A stretch of 56,490 nt of DNA from Candidatus Enterousia sp. Lineage in GTDB: Bacteria > Pseudomonadota > Alphaproteobacteria > Rs-D84. The DNA lies in NCBI GenBank assembly GCA_045536625.1, contig JAZSNY010000028.1, forward strand, positions 1 to 56,490. Reading direction: 5' to 3'. The notes beneath the pieces are model-generated. The model searched no databases, had not been told where the DNA came from, and saw only the letters and a program-made list of their open reading frames with translations. The position numbers and the translations under genes are program-made. Shown here piece after piece: positions 9,231-18,918 of the stretch. The first letter of the stretch is position 1; each line of letters opens with the position of its first letter.

Positions 9231-10551
9231 CCAACTTTTTTACCGTTTCCGCAGACATTAATATTTTGTATTTTGTGTTTAATAACGCCAAATCCAACTG
9301 ATACAATCCCGCCGACACATCCGCCAATTCCACCGCAGACGTTTGCCCCGATGCGAAACGATTTTGTGACAAAGTATAGGTCTTGGCCGCCAAATTTCGT
9401 GCGTTTTCCAGTGATGCCAAATTGTCACGCAAATGATTGTATTGACGAATTGCATTATCATATTGTTCCGTTGTTATCTTCTTGGCCTGGGCCAGGTCTT
9501 GACGCGCAGCTTCGGCATTCATGGCGTCAATCGTTGCGTTTGCGCGATTTAGACCACCACTGAAAATCGGCACCTGCAATGCAATACCCCATGATGCAGA
9601 TTGACCGCCTTTTTTATCAAACAGATGCCCGATATCACCCGACATTGATGAATATGTATAAGATGCAGTCGCCGCCAACGTAGGGTATCCATTCGCACGT
9701 TGCGAACGCGCCAAACGTTCATACATATCCACCTGTTGTTCAAGGATACTCCATTGGGGCGTAGAGTTTAATTTATCGGCCGACAAAACAGAAAATTCAG
9801 ACGGAAAACCATCCGTCAAAACCAATGGTTCTGACACATCAATACCCGCCAAAATCTTTAACATGCGGTGCGCGGTATCACGATCAAATTTGGCATCAGA
9901 AACATTTATTTCCTTGGTCGCAATATCCGATTCTATTTTTAATAAATTGCTGCGATTGGCACGCCCCGCAGATGTCAATTTCTGTTTGGCAGCACGCGCA
10001 TTTTTCAAATCATTTTCGGCCAACTTTACAATTTCATCGGTCATCTTGGCCGTCCAATATAAGTCCGCGGCGGCATAACGCACCTCGCGTTGGGTCAATT
10101 CTTGTGACGATTTGGCCATTTTTAATGCAGACTTTACAGACTTGACCGCATTACCAATCTTGCCAAAAGTATAAATAGGCTGACTGAGTGTCAAACCCGC
10201 CTGGAAAATATTATCGGGAAATTCAATCACAATTGACTGGTCCTTTAATGTTTCGGATATCAGCCCACCCAAAGACGGTGGCAATTCTATCTTTTGGGAT
10301 TCTGATGGATTTTCAACATTAACCATGTTCATATACGATACAGAACCATCCAATTTAAACCAACGATTTGCGTTGGCGGCATCAAGTGACGCCTGGGCCC
10401 GAGCCAAATTTGCGTCAGCCTTTTTGATATCATGCGATTCATGCATAATTTTTTCAACCGCATCCCCCAACGACAAATCCAATGCAAATGACGGCATGGT
10501 TCCCATCATTGCCGCCAATACACCAAATACAGAAATAATTTTTTTATTCAT
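9223..10551 (-). CDS. TolC-family outer membrane efflux protein
   Basis: Signal peptide, LSQPIYTFGK, LQVPIFSGG, FASGQTSAVEL; OEP repeats. Confidence 0.92.
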   Translation of the reverse strand: MNKKIISVFGVLAAMMGTMPSFALDLSLGDAVEKIMHESHDIKKADANLARAQASLDAANANRWFKLDGSVSYMNMVNVENPSESQKIELPPSLGGLISETLKDQSIVIEFPDNIFQAGLTLSQPIYTFGKIGNAVKSVKSALKMAKSSQELTQREVRYAAADLYWTAKMTDEIVKLAENDLKNARAAKQKLTSAGRANRSNLLKIESDIATKEINVSDAKFDRDTAHRMLKILAGIDVSEPLVLTDGFPSEFSVLSADKLNSTPQWSILEQQVDMYERLARSQRANGYPTLAATASYTYSSMSGDIGHLFDKKGGQSASWGIALQVPIFSGGLNRANATIDAMNAEAARQDLAQAKKITTEQYDNAIRQYNHLRDNLASLENARNLAAKTYTLSQNRFASGQTSAVELADVSAGLYQLDLALLNTKYKILMSAETVKKLGE

Positions 10552-10993
10552 TACCTAACTCCACCTTTTTCAAAATATCACGCATCGTACGCAACGCATC
10601 GGTCAGACGCGCCTCATCCTCGCGCGAGATACCTGCAAAAACCCGCTCAATCCCTACACGAAATAAATCCATTGCCATGGTGGCCAATTCCGCACCACGC
10701 TGGGATACACAATACCATGTGTTACGGCGATCTTCTTCATCAATAGTACGAATAACCAGACCATCCGCCTCTAACTTTCTGAATGCCGCACATAGATTCG
10801 GCGCGGACACATGTTCGCGACGCGCAATATCTTTTAGGCGGGCACGACCACCATTATGCAAACGAACCAATATCGACATCATTTGACGTGGATAACCCGT
10901 TGTATCAACACGGTCCAAACGTAATTTGTCCGCAATTTTATCTAATGTCCAAATATTTTCTTCCATTAAACGAACAAAATCCTTGCGTGGCAT
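10544..10993 (-). CDS. MarR-family transcriptional regulator
   Basis: Winged HTH, KLEADGLVIRTIDEEDRR; GGAG RBS; first gene of the efflux operon. Confidence 0.92.
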   Translation of the reverse strand: MPRKDFVRLMEENIWTLDKIADKLRLDRVDTTGYPRQMMSILVRLHNGGRARLKDIARREHVSAPNLCAAFRKLEADGLVIRTIDEEDRRNTWYCVSQRGAELATMAMDLFRVGIERVFAGISREDEARLTDALRTMRDILKKVELGNE

Positions 10994-11029
10994 TTTAAAC
11001 TCCTATATAATGAGCTTGATTTATAAATT

Positions 11030-11062
11030 TGTTAAAAATCTTAATTATTATATATTTTAACA
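11030..11062. promoter_or_regulatory. Candidate MarR operator
   Basis: TGTTAAAA...TTTTAACA inverted repeat upstream of the MarR gene. Confidence 0.4.
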
Positions 11063-11164
11063 TTTTTTATTTCAAGTGCAATTTTCAATTTTTTTATTTT
11101 ATTTGACAGCAACGCGTGCAAGTGCCACTATTTCACAGATGAAAATATTAGGACACAAATAAAA

Positions 11165-11839
11165 ATGACTTTGAAAGATATATTGATACGCTTTGGATTG
11201 GCAAAAGACGACATTTTCCAAATCCCACACGAACTGGAATACTATGCAAAAATGTTCTTTGATCAGATTTTACCCCAAATCGAGCAAATAACAAATCAGT
11301 CACGACATGGATATCATGGTCTGACACATACATGCCAGGTGGCCTTGTTTGGTTTGGATATTGCGTACACCATCAAGCAAGACCCCCTGCCCGTTTTATT
11401 GGCGGCCGGATTACACGATTGCGCACGCACAAATGACGAGTGGTGCACCGAACACGGCCCACGCGCCGTGCCAATCGCACGTGAATTCCTGGGGAAAAAT
11501 TATCCGTATATGTCAAAAGACAATGTAAAAAAGATATTATACGCGGTAAAAAATCATACGTGTGGCATGCGGGCACGCGACGGGGTATCGGCATGTCTGT
11601 GGGACGGGGACAGAATTCGCCTGTCATGGGAATTTGAATACAGACCGGAATTCTTTTCGACCATGCGTGGTCGTCAGATTGCGGCCCTTGGGTATGCGGG
11701 GCAATTAACATACATTAATAACCAAGAAGATATGTTAATAAAAAATAATATACGAACACGCGAACAAATTGAATACGACCGCAAACACGATGAAATACAA
11801 AATAACATCGGTACAAATTTTAAATCACGCATAAAATAA
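11165..11839 (+). CDS. HD-domain metal-dependent phosphohydrolase
   Basis: HGLTH...LHDCAR...EHG...NH...WDGDR motif order. Confidence 0.8.
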   Translation: MTLKDILIRFGLAKDDIFQIPHELEYYAKMFFDQILPQIEQITNQSRHGYHGLTHTCQVALFGLDIAYTIKQDPLPVLLAAGLHDCARTNDEWCTEHGPRAVPIAREFLGKNYPYMSKDNVKKILYAVKNHTCGMRARDGVSACLWDGDRIRLSWEFEYRPEFFSTMRGRQIAALGYAGQLTYINNQEDMLIKNNIRTREQIEYDRKHDEIQNNIGTNFKSRIK

Positions 11840-11888
11840 TTTTATTATTGCAAAAACGCAAAATATATTTATAATGCGTAATCGCAAT

Positions 11889-11962
11889 TGGGGTGTCGTC
11901 TAATGGTAGGACAAGAGATTTTGGTTCTCTTTATCATGGTTCGAATCCGTGCGCCCCAACCA
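11889..11962 (+). tRNA. tRNA-Gln(UUG)
   Basis: Cloverleaf TGGGGTG/CGCCCCA, anticodon arm AGAGA-TTTTGGT-TCTCT, GGTTCGAATCC, encoded CCA; promoter TTGCAA-16-TATAAT at 11848-11875. Confidence 0.97.
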
Positions 11963-11968
11963 ATATTC

Positions 11969-11991
11969 AAACGCCCCTTTTTGGGGCGTTT
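11969..11991 (+). terminator. Terminator after tRNA-Gln
   Basis: AAACGCCCC-TTTTT-GGGGCGTTTT. Confidence 0.75.
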
Positions 11992-12122
11992 TAATATTGA
12001 ACGGGGCCACGGTTCGTAATCAGCAACGCCAGTTGCCGGTTCGACAATGAGTAGATTTGATAAACAACGTGCAATCAAATCGTCAGGAATGCCCCGCAGG
12101 CATAATATGCCGAGGGAATTGA

Positions 12123-12137
12123 GTGCGCCCCAACCAA
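12123..12137 (+). repeat. Direct repeat of the tRNA-Gln 3' end (att-like)
   Basis: GTGCGCCCCAACCAA identical to 11949-11963, followed by its own terminator at 12145-12166. Confidence 0.8.
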
Positions 12138-12255
12138 AATAAACAATGCCCATAGGGGCATTTTTTGCTATACATACGGATTGCGTAATCTGTTGCGGTG
12201 ATTGCATCACAAAACATTATCAAGGTTTTTACCATAAAAAATTATTCTAATTGGC

Positions 12256-12284
12256 TTGAAAAACATAAAAATATTGTCTAGAAT
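12256..12284 (+). promoter_or_regulatory. Sigma70-like promoter for the structured RNA / glycan operon
   Basis: TTGAAA-17 nt-TAGAAT. Confidence 0.65.
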
Positions 12285-12300
12285 TCGGATTAAGTAAAAG

Positions 12301-12445
12301 TTACAAGAAATTGACCAAGCTTTTTCTTGACAAGCTTAGTTCCCTGGGACTTTTGTGGTTAATAGAATCTTGTAATATGGAGGAGTGGTGCAATCGTAAG
12401 ACCATCAGGGCTGCCGACTAAGCAGTTGTTTGAGCTCCTCCGCCA
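12301..12445 (+). ncRNA. Unassigned structured RNA with a 3' tRNA-like CCA-ending module (12379-12445)
   Basis: TTACAAGA/TCTTGTAA and ATTGACCA/TGGTTAAT stems enclosing two hairpins, then GGAGGAGT...GCTCCTCC-GCCA. Confidence 0.55.
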
Positions 12446-12463
12446 AAATAAAAAGGAAGAATT

Positions 12464-13318
12464 ATGCGCCCCACGCCACGCGTGTCTGTATTGACGCCGA
12501 TTTATAATACTAATCCACAACATCTGCGGGAATGCATTGAGTCCATATTGGCGCAAACCTTTACCGATTTTGAATTTTTAATTTTGAATGACAGTCCCGA
12601 CAACACCGAAATTGAAAAAATTGTGTTGGAATATGCAACACGTGACAAGCGTATTAAATATTTAAAAAATGATAAAAATATGGGGATTACGCCTTCGCGC
12701 AACAAATTAATCAAGATGGCGCGTGGTGAGTATATTGCAATTTTTGACCATGATGATATTTCCATGCCCAACCGTTTGCAACGCGAAGTAGAATATCTGG
12801 ATGCCAATCCGTATATTGGTGTCGTGTCTGGGTTGATGCAAAATTTTGGTTCCAACAATGCGATACGCACCGCACCAGAATTGGACACGGATATAAAGAT
12901 AGCAATGACCAATAATTGCAGCGTTTGGCATACGGCGGCAATGGTACGAAAATCTGTGTTGGTTGATAATGGTATAGAATATGAAGAATACTATTCCCCA
13001 TGTGAAGATTACCGTCTTTGGTCACAGCTGATGGATAAAACTAAATTCTATAATCTGCAAATAGTTTTGGTTAAATACCGTATGTTTCAGGAACAAACTT
13101 CGTCCAAACAAAAAACAAAAATGAATACCATGCATCGTGCAATTCAGTTGGAAATGGCCAATCGTTTTCCAGCATATTATGACGCATGGCGCGTGTCAGA
13201 TGCACACACAACAAGTTTTCGTCTGCGACTGTTTGGTTTTTTGCCACTGATAAAGGTAAAGCACAATATTGTATATCTGTTTGAATTTGTACCGTTGTTC
13301 AAAATCAAGTGGAGATAG
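12464..13318 (+). CDS. Glycosyltransferase family 2
   Basis: VSVLTPIYN, ILNDSPDN, GEYIAIFDHDD, CEDYRLW. Confidence 0.93.
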   Translation: MRPTPRVSVLTPIYNTNPQHLRECIESILAQTFTDFEFLILNDSPDNTEIEKIVLEYATRDKRIKYLKNDKNMGITPSRNKLIKMARGEYIAIFDHDDISMPNRLQREVEYLDANPYIGVVSGLMQNFGSNNAIRTAPELDTDIKIAMTNNCSVWHTAAMVRKSVLVDNGIEYEEYYSPCEDYRLWSQLMDKTKFYNLQIVLVKYRMFQEQTSSKQKTKMNTMHRAIQLEMANRFPAYYDAWRVSDAHTTSFRLRLFGFLPLIKVKHNIVYLFEFVPLFKIKWR

Positions 13319-13322
13319 CACC

Positions 13323-14009
13323 GTGAAACGTGTATTTGTCAATTTTTTTGCTTTTCTTATACCATTTCCAAATACTAGGCGGCAAATACGCGAAAAACTG
13401 TTGCACCCAAAACAATATGAATGGAAGCAAAAAAATCTGCATAATTTTACAACCCTGGGGGTAGCGACGAATCCAAATGTAATAACTGTTGGACGCGGAA
13501 CATATGGTGTGCTGAATGTCGAAGCGCCAAGTAATGAAAAAGCAAAACTTGTTATTGGTAATTTCTGTTCAATTGGGCCAAATGTACATTTTATTTTGGC
13601 ATCCGAACATCCGTATCATGGATTTTCAACATATCCGTTCAAAGTAAAACTGGGGCTGCAACAATATGAAGCAAAATCCAAGGGCGACATTATTGTAGAT
13701 GACGATGTTTGGATTGGACATGGCGTAATTATTAATTCCGGTGTACACATTGGACGCGGTGCAATTGTCGCATCTGGGGCAGTTGTGGTCAAAGATGTAG
13801 AACCGTATTGTATTGTTGGTGGGAATCCCGCCAAACAAATAAAATATCGTTTCGCGGACAATATTCGTAAAAAACTTATGAAAATTGATTTCGCAAATTT
13901 GAATACCGATGAAATTGCAAAAAATATTGACGTTGCATATATGGAAATAACAGAAGATAATGTTGATAAAATCATTGAAACTATTACACAAAGAAAGGGA
14001 AAAAAATGA
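13323..14009 (+). CDS. Hexapeptide-repeat O-acetyltransferase (CatB/Vat-like)
   Basis: IGNFCSIG, KGDIIVDDDVWIG, GAIVASGAVVVKDVEPYCIVGGNPAK; probable GTG start at 13323. Confidence 0.9.
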   Translation: MKRVFVNFFAFLIPFPNTRRQIREKLLHPKQYEWKQKNLHNFTTLGVATNPNVITVGRGTYGVLNVEAPSNEKAKLVIGNFCSIGPNVHFILASEHPYHGFSTYPFKVKLGLQQYEAKSKGDIIVDDDVWIGHGVIINSGVHIGRGAIVASGAVVVKDVEPYCIVGGNPAKQIKYRFADNIRKKLMKIDFANLNTDEIAKNIDVAYMEITEDNVDKIIETITQRKGKK

Positions 14010-14788
14010 AAGTACTGATCTTGGCAGGGGGACTGGGGACACGTTTGGGCGAAGAAACATCTTTGAAACCTAAACCAATGGTTGAAATTGGTGGATATCC
14101 TATATTATGGCACATAATGAAAATTTATTCACATTATGGGTTTAATGACTTTGTCGTTTTGACAGGGTATAAACAAGAAATCATTAAACGCTATTTTGTT
14201 GATTACTATATGAACAATTGTGATATCACGGTAAATCTAGCGGAAAACAGTGTCAATATACACAAAAATCATTGCGAACCATGGAATGTTACTATGTTGT
14301 ATACCGGCACGGAAACATTAACGGCGGGACGCATAAAACGCGCACGCGATTTGGTTGGTGATGAACCATTTATGCTGACATACGGCGATGGCGTTGCCGA
14401 CATTGATATCCAGGCGTTAGTTAAGGCCCACAACGAATCCGGGAAATTATGCACCCTTACAGCATATCAGCCAACGGGAAAATATGGTGCGTTGGATATA
14501 CAACCCAATGGTACAATAACATCATTTTTGGAAAAACCAAAGGAAAGCGGTTCGTGGATAAATGCAGGATTTATGGTGTGCGAACCAGGTGTTTTCGATT
14601 ATTTGCCAGACGATTCAGACAGCATGATGTTTGAAAAAGGACCGCTTAACGAACTTTCCAAAAACGGTCAATTAAATGCGTATAAGCATGTTGGCTTTTG
14701 GCATCCTATGGATATGTTAAAGGACAAAAATGATTTAAATGAAATGTGGGATAAAAATATTGCACCCTGGAAAAAATGGAGTAACTAA
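14006..14788 (+). CDS. rfbF: Glucose-1-phosphate cytidylyltransferase
   Basis: ILAGGLGTRLGEETSLKPKPMVEIG, FMLTYGDGVAD, GFWHPMD. Confidence 0.96.
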   Translation: MKVLILAGGLGTRLGEETSLKPKPMVEIGGYPILWHIMKIYSHYGFNDFVVLTGYKQEIIKRYFVDYYMNNCDITVNLAENSVNIHKNHCEPWNVTMLYTGTETLTAGRIKRARDLVGDEPFMLTYGDGVADIDIQALVKAHNESGKLCTLTAYQPTGKYGALDIQPNGTITSFLEKPKESGSWINAGFMVCEPGVFDYLPDDSDSMMFEKGPLNELSKNGQLNAYKHVGFWHPMDMLKDKNDLNEMWDKNIAPWKKWSN

Positions 14789-14790
14789 TT

Positions 14791-15882
14791 ATGTTTAATA
14801 ACATTTATAATGGTCGTCGGGTATTGATTACTGGTCATGCCGGTTTTAAGGGCGCCTGGATGGCGTTTTGGCTAAAGCAAATGGGCGCGCATGTTTATGG
14901 GTATTCATTGTTACCGAACACAAATCCACGCATGTATAATGTCTTGAAATTGGGCGATTTGATTGATGGCGAAATGATTGCAGATATTCGGGATACGGAA
15001 AAATTGAATGCTTTTTTTGAATCTGTACGCCCGGAAATTGTATTTCATTTGGCGGCGCAACCAATTGTGCGCCTGTCCTATGCAGAACCTGTCGAAACCT
15101 ATACAACAAATGTAATCGGCACGTTAAATGTATTAGAGGCCGCACGTAAAATAGAATCTGTGCGCGCATTTGTAAATGTAACAACAGATAAATGTTATGA
15201 AAACCAAGAAAAAAAGGAAGGATATAGAGAAGAAGAACCATTTGGTGGGTATGACATGTATTCTTCATCCAAAGGATGCAGCGAAATCCTGACGTCTTCA
15301 TATCGTCGTTCATTTTTAACCGATGGCAAACCGTTTGCTTTGGCAAGTGCACGTGCCGGAAACGTTATTGGCGGGGGAGATTGGGCGACCGACAGATTAA
15401 TTCCAGATTGTATACGCGCCTTTAAAGGTGGCGAAACCGTTTCTATACGCAATCCGTTCGCAACACGTCCGTGGCAGTTGGTGTTAGAACCGTTGGCAGG
15501 ATATCTGCGCCTGGGGCAAATGCTGTTGGAACATGGGACAGAATACGCAAGTGGATATAACTTTGGCCCAGAAATGGATGCCGATGTTCGTGTGGCAGAG
15601 GTAGCACAAATGGTTGCCGATTTCTGGGGCAATGGAGCGACCGTATCGGTGGGATCGGGTGATGGGTTGCATGAAGCAAACCTGTTACAATTAAATGTAG
15701 AAAAGGCGGCACGTGAATTGGGGGTAATGCCGGTATACGACGCAAAAACAGCCGTAAAAAAAACGACCGACTGGTATCGCGCTTTTTATGACGAAAATAC
15801 CGATATGACACAATTTACAATTCAACAAATTAACGATTTTGTTGCATCGGCACAAAATAAAAATATCAAATGGAGCTTATAA
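14791..15882 (+). CDS. rfbG: CDP-glucose 4,6-dehydratase
   Basis: ITGHAGFKGAW, FHLAAQPIVRLSY, TTDKCYEN, YSSSK, ARAGNVIGGGDW. Confidence 0.96.
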   Translation: MFNNIYNGRRVLITGHAGFKGAWMAFWLKQMGAHVYGYSLLPNTNPRMYNVLKLGDLIDGEMIADIRDTEKLNAFFESVRPEIVFHLAAQPIVRLSYAEPVETYTTNVIGTLNVLEAARKIESVRAFVNVTTDKCYENQEKKEGYREEEPFGGYDMYSSSKGCSEILTSSYRRSFLTDGKPFALASARAGNVIGGGDWATDRLIPDCIRAFKGGETVSIRNPFATRPWQLVLEPLAGYLRLGQMLLEHGTEYASGYNFGPEMDADVRVAEVAQMVADFWGNGATVSVGSGDGLHEANLLQLNVEKAARELGVMPVYDAKTAVKKTTDWYRAFYDENTDMTQFTIQQINDFVASAQNKNIKWSL

Positions 15883-17246
15883 TGACCAAAGAAGAAATAA
15901 GAAGTAAAATGCATGAATTGGCATCACAATATGCCGAGTGTTTGGATGTTGAAAAAAGAACTTCTGAAAAAAAGTACATACCTGCATCGGGAAAAAATAT
16001 CGGTGCAGAAGAACTGCAAAACATGATTGACGCCTCTTTGGATATGTGGTTAACCGCTGGACGCTTTAATGATCAATTTGAACATGATTTTGCAGAAAAA
16101 TTGGGGGTACGTTTCGCACTATCAACCAATTCAGGTTCCAGTGCAAATCTGTTGGCTTTTACCGCGTTAACATCTCCAAAACTGGGTGAGCGCGCATTAA
16201 AACGCGGTGACGAAGTTATCGCAGTGGCCGCCGGGTTTCCAACAACCGTTAATCCGATTATTCAAAATGGCATGACACCGGTGTTTGTTGATTGTCATGT
16301 CGGAACATATAATGTAGATATTGAAAAATTAAAATCTGCAATTTCGCCAAAGACACGCGCTATTTTCTTGGCTCATACATTGGGAAATATGTATGACATG
16401 GACGAAATAATGAAAATTGCAAACGAGCATAATTTATGGGTAATCGAGGACAGTTGCGATGCCCTGGGGGCAAAATGGAACGGAAAATATGCAGGTACAA
16501 TCGGACACATTGGGACGTTTAGTTTCTATCCGGCGCATCATTTAACCATGGGAGAAGGTGGCGCCGTTATTACCAATGACCCAAAACTGCATCGTATAAT
16601 TATGTCATATCGTGATTGGGGGCGTGACTGTTGGTGTAAGCCGGGCCGTGATGACACATGTCATAATCGCTTTAAATTAAAGTTGGGGGCGTTACCGGTT
16701 GGATACGACCATAAGTACACATATTCACATATTGGATATAATCTTAAAATTACTGATTGGCAGGCCGCGATTGGTGTCGCCCAATTGAAAAAATTGGATT
16801 CTTTTTTGGAACAAAGAAGAAAAAACGCAAATGCTTTGTTGGCGGGGCTAAAACCATTTGAAAATTATCTGATTCTGCCACAGGTACACGATATGTGTTC
16901 CCCATCATGGTTTGGATTTTTAATATCTGTGCGTGATGATGCGCCGTTCTCTAAACAGGAACTGGTTGAACATCTTGAATCACAGGGAATTGGCACACGC
17001 CAGTTGTTCGCAGGTAACATTTTGCGTCAACCAATGGTTACAATGGCAGATTTTGATTTACGTATCGGCGATAGTGGGGTGGTAAACTCGCACAATCTGT
17101 CCGAAAGTGATTTTGAAAAGTTACCCGGAACAGAATTCATTATGAATCATACTTTTTGGGTTGGATGCGCACAAAATCTGACCGAAAAGGATGTACAAAA
17201 GACAGTAGATGTAATTTCTGAATTTATCAAGGCCAAAACAAAATGA
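15882..17246 (+). CDS. rfbH: CDP-4-keto-6-deoxyglucose 3-dehydrase (E1, DdhC)
   Basis: NSGSSANLLA, SFYPAHHLTMGEGG (His in place of Lys), WGRDCWC...C, GYDHKY. Confidence 0.95.
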   Translation: MTKEEIRSKMHELASQYAECLDVEKRTSEKKYIPASGKNIGAEELQNMIDASLDMWLTAGRFNDQFEHDFAEKLGVRFALSTNSGSSANLLAFTALTSPKLGERALKRGDEVIAVAAGFPTTVNPIIQNGMTPVFVDCHVGTYNVDIEKLKSAISPKTRAIFLAHTLGNMYDMDEIMKIANEHNLWVIEDSCDALGAKWNGKYAGTIGHIGTFSFYPAHHLTMGEGGAVITNDPKLHRIIMSYRDWGRDCWCKPGRDDTCHNRFKLKLGALPVGYDHKYTYSHIGYNLKITDWQAAIGVAQLKKLDSFLEQRRKNANALLAGLKPFENYLILPQVHDMCSPSWFGFLISVRDDAPFSKQELVEHLESQGIGTRQLFAGNILRQPMVTMADFDLRIGDSGVVNSHNLSESDFEKLPGTEFIMNHTFWVGCAQNLTEKDVQKTVDVISEFIKAKTK

Positions 17247-18016
17247 TGAAAACACCGAATCAAATCAGGCGAAATATTGTGCATATGGCACATTATTCGC
17301 ATGCTTCGCATATTGGGGCGGCTTTGTCATGCGTTGATGTGCTGTATGCAATATACAAATACGTTGCCGATATAACCCCCGAAAATATAAAATCCGCAAA
17401 TCGTGACCGTGTTATTTTATCCAAAGGCCATGCATCAATCGCGCTGTATTCTGTGTTGGCAGAAACTGGGCTGATGGATGCTTCTTTGTTGGATAAATAT
17501 TATATTAATGGCGGTTTGTTGCCGGGACATTTGGACCAAGAATCTGTACCAGGGATTGATTGTTCGGCGGGTTCGTTGGGACATGGGTTACCAATAGGAA
17601 TTGGGATGGCAATGGCCAATCCCGACAAACGCGTATTTGTTGTAATTGGCGATGGAGAAACCAACGAAGGTAGCGTATGGGAAGCGATTATTTTCGCAGG
17701 CTGTCATAAAATCCCGAATCTGACCATTATTATAGACAATAATAATTTACAGGGGTTTGGATGTGCAGACGAATGTGCAGATTATTCAAAACTGTCAGAT
17801 ACCTTAAACAACTTTGGCCTGTGCGCGGTTGATATTGACGGACATGATACCGACCAAATCGTTTCTGCATTGAAAAAGACGTGCGATAAAACATTGGCAA
17901 TTGTTGCACATACAATCAAAGGACGCGGTGTTTCGTTTATGGAAAACGAATTAAAGTGGCACTATAAATCACCAAATGACGAAGAATTGGCCATCGCGAT
18001 GGAGGAATTAAAATGA
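17243..18016 (+). CDS. Transketolase-like, N-terminal (TPP-binding) subunit
   Basis: SHIGAALS, ILSKGHA, GSLGHGL, GDGETNEGSVWEA, HTIKGRGVSFMEN. Confidence 0.93.
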   Translation: MMKTPNQIRRNIVHMAHYSHASHIGAALSCVDVLYAIYKYVADITPENIKSANRDRVILSKGHASIALYSVLAETGLMDASLLDKYYINGGLLPGHLDQESVPGIDCSAGSLGHGLPIGIGMAMANPDKRVFVVIGDGETNEGSVWEAIIFAGCHKIPNLTIIIDNNNLQGFGCADECADYSKLSDTLNNFGLCAVDIDGHDTDQIVSALKKTCDKTLAIVAHTIKGRGVSFMENELKWHYKSPNDEELAIAMEELK

Positions 18017-18918
18017 GAAATACATTTTTAAACACTTTGGTTGAAATGGCAAAAAAAGATGAACGCATTTGGCTGATAACGCCCGATTTGGGTTATGCGG
18101 TTTTGGAACCATTCAAGGAGTTATTCCCAAATCGGTTTATAAACGCTGGCATTTCCGAACAAAACGCGGTGGGTATGGCGGCGGGGTTGGCCATGTCGGG
18201 CAAGATTCCATATGTATACAGTATTATGCCTTTTGTCACATCACGACCGTTTGAACAGGTCAAGGTAGATGTTGCCTATATGAACACAAATGTACGCCTT
18301 GTTGGTGTTGGCGCGGGGTTTGCATATGGACCAGCGGGCGCGACACATCACAGTATTGACGATTTGGCGATTATGCGCGCGTTACCAAATATGTCGGTTG
18401 TAGCACCGGGCGATTTGCACGAAGCCGCAGATTTAACACGCTATTCGGTGAACCATAATGGGCCGATGTATATTCGATTAAATAAACGCGGCGAACCAAC
18501 ATACGATTACCCTGTTGAATTCGGCAAATTTTCGCAGGTGTTTGACGGCGATGCATTCGCAGTTATTGCGACATCGGGTATGTTGCGTGATGCGTATGAT
18601 ACGGTTGTCGGATATCGCAATCGTGGGATAAATGCGGCATTATATAGCGCGCATACGATAAAGCCATTTGATACCGAATGTGTGCTTGATTTGGTTCGGC
18701 GACACATACCCATTATCACAATTGAAGAACACAATGTGATTGGCGGGCTGTATTCCGCGGTTGCGGAAACGGTTGCGCGCAGCGGTATGGCGGCACGTAT
18801 ATTGCCAATTGCCGTTCCGGACCGTTTTTCACACTTTGTTGGCGACCAAAATTATATCCGTGAAAAAATGGGTTTGTCACATTTAGATGAACAAATAAAT
18901 GAGTTTTTGAAATGCTGA
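18013..18918 (+). CDS. Transketolase-like, C-terminal subunit
   Basis: NAGISEQNAVGMAAGLA, GATHHSIDD, TIEEHNVIGGL. Confidence 0.93.
   Translation: MRNTFLNTLVEMAKKDERIWLITPDLGYAVLEPFKELFPNRFINAGISEQNAVGMAAGLAMSGKIPYVYSIMPFVTSRPFEQVKVDVAYMNTNVRLVGVGAGFAYGPAGATHHSIDDLAIMRALPNMSVVAPGDLHEAADLTRYSVNHNGPMYIRLNKRGEPTYDYPVEFGKFSQVFDGDAFAVIATSGMLRDAYDTVVGYRNRGINAALYSAHTIKPFDTECVLDLVRRHIPIITIEEHNVIGGLYSAVAETVARSGMAARILPIAVPDRFSHFVGDQNYIREKMGLSHLDEQINEFLKC

Noticed and set aside
12379-12445. Canonical tRNA-Ser/Sec or a tmRNA piece
   Set aside because: No TTCRA T-loop, no variable arm, no U33 and no G3:U70; kept only as a tRNA-like unknown
13323-14009. Chloramphenicol/streptogramin resistance gene (catB/vat)
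   Set aside because: Embedded in and coupled to a sugar-biosynthesis operon; more likely a glycan O-acetyltransferase
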